Below, piece after piece: positions 34,008 to 38,724 of a stretch of 38,724 nucleotides of DNA. How positions within the stretch are numbered: the first letter of the stretch is position 1; every line of letters starts with the position of its first letter. Under the pieces are notes generated by a model. The model searched no databases, was not told the origin of the DNA, and worked only from the letters and a program-made list of their open reading frames with translations. The position numbers and the translations under genes were made by a program. The DNA is from a virus (taxonomy: Duplodnaviria; Caudoviricetes). The DNA lies in IMG/VR virus record IMGVR_UViG_3300037478_000090, positions 1-38,724 of that record, one strand, 5' to 3'.

Positions 34008-34397
34008 CTAGCTGGCCGGGTCGAGGCCGAAGTGTGCGGCCATGCGACCCAGGATGTCGTCCTTGAGCTTGAGGCCGGTCAGGTCGACCTCCTCCTTGTC
34101 GGCCAGCTCCTGGAGCCTGCTGACCGTCAGGGCCTTGAGGTCGGCCATGGTCGGCTCTCCGCCCGGAGCAACCTCGGTGATCGGGGTGCGCCCGTCGTCC
34201 TCGAACTCCTCGTACGCTGCGAGCGCGAGAGCGTCGTTGAACTCGATCTCCTCCACGATCGGCAGGACGTAGTGGTCGCCGGTCGCGAAGACCAGATCGC
34301 TGTTGCGCAGCGCGTCCTTCTCCTCGCGGGTGAACTGGTTCTTGTGCGCGATGACGGCGACGTTGCCGCGCTCGTGCATCAAGCTCTCGGCGTTCAT
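34008..34397 (-). CDS. Hypothetical protein with C-terminal HeH/Rho-N-like helical domain
   Basis: LKALTVSRLQELADKEEVDLTGLKLKDDIL pattern; lies between the portal and MuF genes. Confidence 0.6.
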   Translation of the reverse strand: MNAESLMHERGNVAVIAHKNQFTREEKDALRNSDLVFATGDHYVLPIVEEIEFNDALALAAYEEFEDDGRTPITEVAPGGEPTMADLKALTVSRLQELADKEEVDLTGLKLKDDILGRMAAHFGLDPAS

Positions 34398-34402
34398 GGT
34401 CT

Positions 34403-35956
34403 TCAGCCTTCCTCGTCGGTGGTGTCTTCACGCAGGCCCGCGATGTCCGCGAACAGGTCTGCGATCAGCTCGTTGGCCTGGGACAGGTCGATCCCCAGGG
34501 CCGCAGCGGTGCCGATCTTCTGCACGGCGTCACCCATCGTGTTGAGCAGGGTCACACGGCGCAGCAGCTCGGTGTCGTTGGGCTTGCCCGTCAGCCACTG
34601 GCGGACGGTCTCCTCGTCGTAGCCCGCTTCCGCGAACGCGATCGCAGGAGGGATGCCCAGGTCGATCTTCTTCTGGACGAGCTCCAGCTTCTCCGTCTCC
34701 GGGACGTACTCGATCGGCTTCCACTTGATCGAGATGGACAAGTCGTCCGGAGCGTCGAACGCGATGTCCACAGCCATCATGAGCATCTCGTCGAACTGGG
34801 AGTCAAGGAGCTTCTGCTGCCACTCCGCCTTGGTGTTCAGGCGTGCGTCGCGCTGCCGGACAGCCTCACCAGAGGGAGTGCCGCCTCCAACGTTGTCCGC
34901 CTTGAAGTAGTACACAGGCGTGTTCGTGGCGGCAGCCATGAGCTCAACTGCCTTGTCCAACGGCTTCAGGTACTGCTCGACGTCTGCGCTGGCGAACTGG
35001 CCCACCGAGTCGAAGCCGGACATGTCCCAGATGCGCCCCGGTCCAGAGACCAGCTTGCTGACGACGTTCTCCTCCTTGTCGGGGATGGTCTCGTCCGAGC
35101 CCGACCAGTCGATGTCGTCGCCGCCGTTGGTGCTGCGCGTCTTGGCCAGAGCGTACCGCTGCGGGAACGCGTTGAAGTCAGAGCCCGACACCTCGTTCAC
35201 GAGGAACTTGGTGATCTGGTTCTGCGGGCCGTAGGCGTTCTTGTGCAGCGGGCAGCCGTAAGGCAGGTCGTTGCGCAGGTGGATGAACGGGATGCCGCCT
35301 GCCAGGTTGTCAACGTCCTCGACATACTCGAAGTCGTCGATCCCGCACTTGTTGATCGGCGTCTCGTACAGCTCGATCGTGCCGTCTTCGAGGTACAGCC
35401 ACGCGCGCTCCTGCTTGCCCTTGCCGGTCTTGAGCCGCTTGACCGCGTGCGTCTTGCGCGACGGGTTCATGTCGTCGTAGAACACGCGCACCTTGAGCGG
35501 GCTCTGGTAGCATGCCACGATCCCCGTGAGATCCTGCTGATCCCCGTACTCGTCCTCGTCGCCGGTTGCGGTCTCGTCGATCGCGCCTTCAGCGTCGTCG
35601 TACTCGGGCCACATGAAGATGTAGGCATCGCCGAACTTCTCGGCAGCGAGGATCGCGGTCTTGTGGACGAACTGGAACTGGTTCGCCTTCCAGACCTCGT
35701 CCTGCAGGAAGCCGGTGATCTCCTCGTCGGACGACTGGATGTCGACGATCTCCAGCTTCTCAACAACGGCGTCAACCGGGACCGCGCTGAGCACGGCCTT
35801 GTAGTTGACTTCCTTGCGAATCAGCAGGCGCTGCATCACCAGCGACTGAAAGGGCTCGGCGAACGTGCCCTTGTAGAACTTGTCGGCCTCGACATATCCG
35901 GGGATTGCGCGGTCGAGCTCCTTCAGCGAATCCCGGAGCAGCTGCTTGTGGGCCAT
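34403..35956 (-). CDS. Portal protein (SPP1-like)
   Basis: Follows TerL; FYKG, GDAYIFMW, IPFIHLRN, AFPQRY and PSGEA motifs; GAGGAGG RBS before ATG 35956. Confidence 0.88.
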   Translation of the reverse strand: MAHKQLLRDSLKELDRAIPGYVEADKFYKGTFAEPFQSLVMQRLLIRKEVNYKAVLSAVPVDAVVEKLEIVDIQSSDEEITGFLQDEVWKANQFQFVHKTAILAAEKFGDAYIFMWPEYDDAEGAIDETATGDEDEYGDQQDLTGIVACYQSPLKVRVFYDDMNPSRKTHAVKRLKTGKGKQERAWLYLEDGTIELYETPINKCGIDDFEYVEDVDNLAGGIPFIHLRNDLPYGCPLHKNAYGPQNQITKFLVNEVSGSDFNAFPQRYALAKTRSTNGGDDIDWSGSDETIPDKEENVVSKLVSGPGRIWDMSGFDSVGQFASADVEQYLKPLDKAVELMAAATNTPVYYFKADNVGGGTPSGEAVRQRDARLNTKAEWQQKLLDSQFDEMLMMAVDIAFDAPDDLSISIKWKPIEYVPETEKLELVQKKIDLGIPPAIAFAEAGYDEETVRQWLTGKPNDTELLRRVTLLNTMGDAVQKIGTAAALGIDLSQANELIADLFADIAGLREDTTDEEG

Positions 35957-36070
35957 TATGGATAACACCTCCTCAACAAATGTGCACAAGGCATCCCATA
36001 AGGAGGAGATGCCCCATCAGGGCTGGCTTGCCCCACTCAGGGCCGTGTTGCTACGGGCGAATGATACCCC

Positions 36071-37660
36071 TCAGGCATAAGCTCCGCTGGAAACCTTGCG
36101 ACGCTGCGTCTTGGGAGCGCCCAGGAGCTTCAGGACTCCATTGCCCACGGCATCGACGATGTCGTCGTGCTTCAGCTTGGGGAAGCCCACCATGTTCTCC
36201 TCAGCCTGCTGAAGGCGAGCCGTGTGCATAACACGCGTCGGGATCCTCTGGTACATGGCGTGCACCTTACCGGCCCGAACCTCCTTGGGCTCCGAGTTGC
36301 TGAACAGGACCACCTTGACAGGCATGTCGTGCATCACGTCTCGCCAGAGCTCGCCGCCCTGGTTCGCCTCGACCAGGATCACCTTGATCTCCGGGTACAT
36401 CTCGATGATCTTCAGGATGCGTGCTCGCAGCGCCTTGCCCAGCAGCTTGACGCCAACCGCGTACTTGACTTCGCAGCGCCGCTTCGGATCTCCAGGCTGG
36501 TGAGCCGTGGCCCCAACAACGGCCAGCCCCGTGAAGTCGCTCTTCTTGTTGTCGGTCACTGCACCGTCCACAGACAGGATCGTGATCGCACAAGGCAACG
36601 AGCCATACGTGAAGTCGTCCCGCGTCCAGTACTGCCCGTCAATCGCGAGCGGGTTGTTCTCGTAGTTCTTGGCGAACGACCGAGTGTGGCGAACCGAGTT
36701 GAGCCAGTCCATCGGCCACTTCTCCGGCCACATCGACTGCTCGTTTCCATCGTCGTCCGTGACGATGGGCTTGTAGTGGTGGACCCTGAATCGCTCGGTC
36801 TTGATCCATTCCTCGGTCTCCTCGCCCGGCAGCTTCGACTTGATCAACTGGTGCGTGATCGAGCCGGGCATGGTGACCGTGCCAGCAAGGATGACCCTCG
36901 CCCGAATGTTGAGCGGCAGGATGGCATCCGTCAGAGTACCCAGACGCTGGTTCATCTGGTAGTCCGAGTAGCTGGCCTCGTCGGGCTCCAGGTCGTCGAG
37001 GATGATGAGGTCGGGGCGCTGGTCCTCCACCTTCATACCGAGGACGGAGACGTCCGCTCCACCAGCCGCGAACACGAACCCCGACTGCGCCTGGTACAGG
37101 TCTTGCGTGTCGGACACGTTGACGTTACCACGCCTCTTGAGCGGCTGGCACAGGTCCGGGAAGTCGACCTGAATCCTCGCGTTGGTCTCAAGCTCTCGCT
37201 TGAAGCTGGACAGGTGCTTCTTGGCCTGGGGCCCAGAGTCGGCGAACGCTGCGATGAACTTGGCATGGCCGTGTGCAGCCGCCCACATAGGCAGGAGCTT
37301 GAACAGCCATGTCGACTTGCCCGCATCTCGGGGTGCGATGAATGCGTCGCGCGCTTCAGCCGGTCCGAATTGGCTGGCAGGCTTCTCGCTCCATTCGCGC
37401 GCCTTCTCGCACAGGTCCCAGTGGAATTCAGAAAGCGATACGACGCCGACTTCAGACTCGGCACCCTCGGCCAAATCCTCCATCGGTGCCGGCATCTTGA
37501 GCGAGTGGCCCATATAGGTCAGCGCGAATAGCAGAGGCTCGTTCTCTGTCAAGAACACACGACCAGCGCGCTCCTTGAGCGCCATTGCGAGAAGCTCCAG
37601 GTCGCCGTCTGTGTACACATCGGCAACGTCCTGGATGTACTCGTCAATCTGTGTCGTCAT
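36071..37660 (-). CDS. Terminase large subunit
   Basis: APRDAGKST (Walker A), RPDLIILDD (Walker B), GT motif, SVDGA...SDFTG, VEANQGG and HDDIVDA nuclease motifs. Confidence 0.93.
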   Translation of the reverse strand: MTTQIDEYIQDVADVYTDGDLELLAMALKERAGRVFLTENEPLLFALTYMGHSLKMPAPMEDLAEGAESEVGVVSLSEFHWDLCEKAREWSEKPASQFGPAEARDAFIAPRDAGKSTWLFKLLPMWAAAHGHAKFIAAFADSGPQAKKHLSSFKRELETNARIQVDFPDLCQPLKRRGNVNVSDTQDLYQAQSGFVFAAGGADVSVLGMKVEDQRPDLIILDDLEPDEASYSDYQMNQRLGTLTDAILPLNIRARVILAGTVTMPGSITHQLIKSKLPGEETEEWIKTERFRVHHYKPIVTDDDGNEQSMWPEKWPMDWLNSVRHTRSFAKNYENNPLAIDGQYWTRDDFTYGSLPCAITILSVDGAVTDNKKSDFTGLAVVGATAHQPGDPKRRCEVKYAVGVKLLGKALRARILKIIEMYPEIKVILVEANQGGELWRDVMHDMPVKVVLFSNSEPKEVRAGKVHAMYQRIPTRVMHTARLQQAEENMVGFPKLKHDDIVDAVGNGVLKLLGAPKTQRRKVSSGAYA

Positions 37661-37943
37661 CGTCCATCCCCAAGCCGAGTTCGTTGCGCGCCACCTCAGC
37701 GCGCAATACAGTGTGCGTGTAGTCCAGGAGCCCCATCACCCTGTGGTACGGCAGTCCGCCTCCCATGGGCAGCACCATCATGACCGAACCGGCTGTGTCG
37801 CCGTCGTCGTCGATGCTCTGCACTCCACACAACGTGACGTACTCCGTCAGGACGCCTCTTGCACCACGGAGCCGGAGCACGGCCTCGATGGCATGCTCCA
37901 GATCCGCGTATGCCTTCTTCTGGTCAGGCGTCAGGGGTGGCAC
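37644..37943 (-). CDS. Hypothetical protein upstream of terminase
   Basis: Overlaps both neighbours; globular-looking sequence (LTEYV...PYHRVMGLL). Confidence 0.65.
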   Translation of the reverse strand: MPPLTPDQKKAYADLEHAIEAVLRLRGARGVLTEYVTLCGVQSIDDDGDTAGSVMMVLPMGGGLPYHRVMGLLDYTHTVLRAEVARNELGLGMDDDDTD

Positions 37944-38253
37944 TGAAAGCGTCCATCTTGCGGAGCGGAACGCCTGCCAGGTTGAGCATCTGGTCGATGC
38001 GTTCCGGCGACGACACCTCCGTCTTCAGCGCCTCGCGGATCTGCTGCGCCTGGTACAGCCCGGCCTGTCGCGCGGTGAACGCCTGCCTTGCGGCCTCGAG
38101 ACCGGCCGACGGGACCCTCGGCTCGACGTGGGGCTCGGCGTCCTCCACCTTGACAGCAGGCGGCGTCCATCCCAGGGACACGAGCCATGCTGCCGTCTTC
38201 TCGCCGACCTCCAGCTCGACCTGCGTCGCCACAGTCATGCTCAGCTCAGCCAT
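37924..38253 (-). CDS. Hypothetical protein
   Basis: AAGGAG RBS before ATG 38253 (MAELSMTVATQ...); LGWTPP motif. Confidence 0.65.
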   Translation of the reverse strand: MAELSMTVATQVELEVGEKTAAWLVSLGWTPPAVKVEDAEPHVEPRVPSAGLEAARQAFTARQAGLYQAQQIREALKTEVSSPERIDQMLNLAGVPLRKMDAFSATPDA

Positions 38254-38584
38254 CGTTGTTCTCCTTCTCGTCCTTGACCTTGTCCAGTCCGCACTGCGCG
38301 TGGCGACGGCCGTAGCCAATCGTCGTACCCTCGGCCAGCACCAGAGCGGCAGGCTTGCTGCATGTCGGGCATGCCACCCTCCGCGCGATCAGGATCTCGT
38401 CACCCTCGGGGAGCCTGAAGGCCAACGCACCTTCGATGCGCTCCCACTCCTGCACATCCCGATCGATCGTGTCCTGCGACATGCCCAACATGTTGATCTC
38501 CTCTTGCGTTCGGCACACCGGACAGGCGCACCGTCTGTTACGCTCGCAGTGGTGCGAGTCCATCCAGCAGGTCGAGCAGGTCAC
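38246..38584 (-). CDS. Cys-rich (Zn-binding) hypothetical protein
   Basis: CSTC..HHC...CACPVC and CPTC...HAQC; the start is uncertain (38584 or 38629). Confidence 0.6.
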   Translation of the reverse strand: MTCSTCWMDSHHCERNRRCACPVCRTQEEINMLGMSQDTIDRDVQEWERIEGALAFRLPEGDEILIARRVACPTCSKPAALVLAEGTTIGYGRRHAQCGLDKVKDEKENNDG

Positions 38585-38589
38585 CCGGC

Positions 38590-38724
38590 TCAAACGCGCT
38601 TGCGCTCCCTGCCCTTCCTCGCGGGCCACTTCAGGGTGTACGACGCCTTGCTCGCCTCGATCGCTGCGCCCTGCGTCTCCGCCTGCTTGCGGGTCGGGTA
38701 CACCGTCCCGCTCGGCCCCCAGCG
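38590..38724 (-). CDS. Small basic phage protein, 5' end outside window
   Basis: Open frame RWGPSGTVYPTRKQAETQGAAIEASKASYTLKWPARKGRERKRV* with high-GC3 codons. Confidence 0.55.
   Translation of the reverse strand, partial: RWGPSGTVYPTRKQAETQGAAIEASKASYTLKWPARKGRERKRV

Noticed and set aside
35957-35989. In-frame TTA codon suggesting bldA control of the portal gene
   Set aside because: It lies upstream of the likely ATG at 35956, within the RBS spacer, so it is probably not translated.
1-38724. tRNA genes, integrase/attP, CRISPR array
   Set aside because: No cloverleaf with a T-loop consensus, recombinase motif or regularly spaced repeats were seen by eye. tRNAscan-SE would be needed to exclude tRNAs formally.

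Overview
This is a high-GC (about 65% by eye) fragment of a tailed actinobacteriophage genome. The host is probably Streptomyces-like, inferred from GC content, the endolysin and the tail proteins. Two arms converge on hairpins and a terminator at about 11.8-12.0 kb. The plus-strand arm (1-11809) is the replication and nucleotide-metabolism arm: SDR oxidoreductase, VOC/glyoxalase-fold protein, DnaE-type Pol III alpha, MazG-like protein, a divergent ThyX, a run of translationally coupled micro-ORFs, HNH nuclease, RuvC-like resolvase, and a DinG-family helicase broken by a +1 frameshift. The minus-strand arm (38724-11974) is a siphovirus morphogenesis operon: TerL, portal, MuF-like protein, scaffold, capsid, head-tail proteins, major tail protein, tail assembly chaperones with a GGGAAAC -1 slip site, a short tape measure protein, minor tail proteins, lysis genes and a 1502-aa repeat fibre. 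It ends with a glycosyltransferase / nucleotidyltransferase-like / FkbM methyltransferase cassette. The best leads are: (1) a ThyX missing its folate-site histidines, encoded with SDR, VOC, MazG-like and DnaE genes, a possible non-canonical nucleotide pathway; (2) a putative virion glycosylation cassette; (3) a shared ~50-aa leader ending in P-x-x-[FY]-A-x-G-G on both scaffold and capsid, with no prohead protease gene in the head module; (4) a GGGTAnnnT promoter motif found seven times and a GCCCTG-x-TGGGGCA element in the portal and capsid leaders; (5) the helicase frameshift. All functional calls come from recognising motifs by eye; no searches were run.
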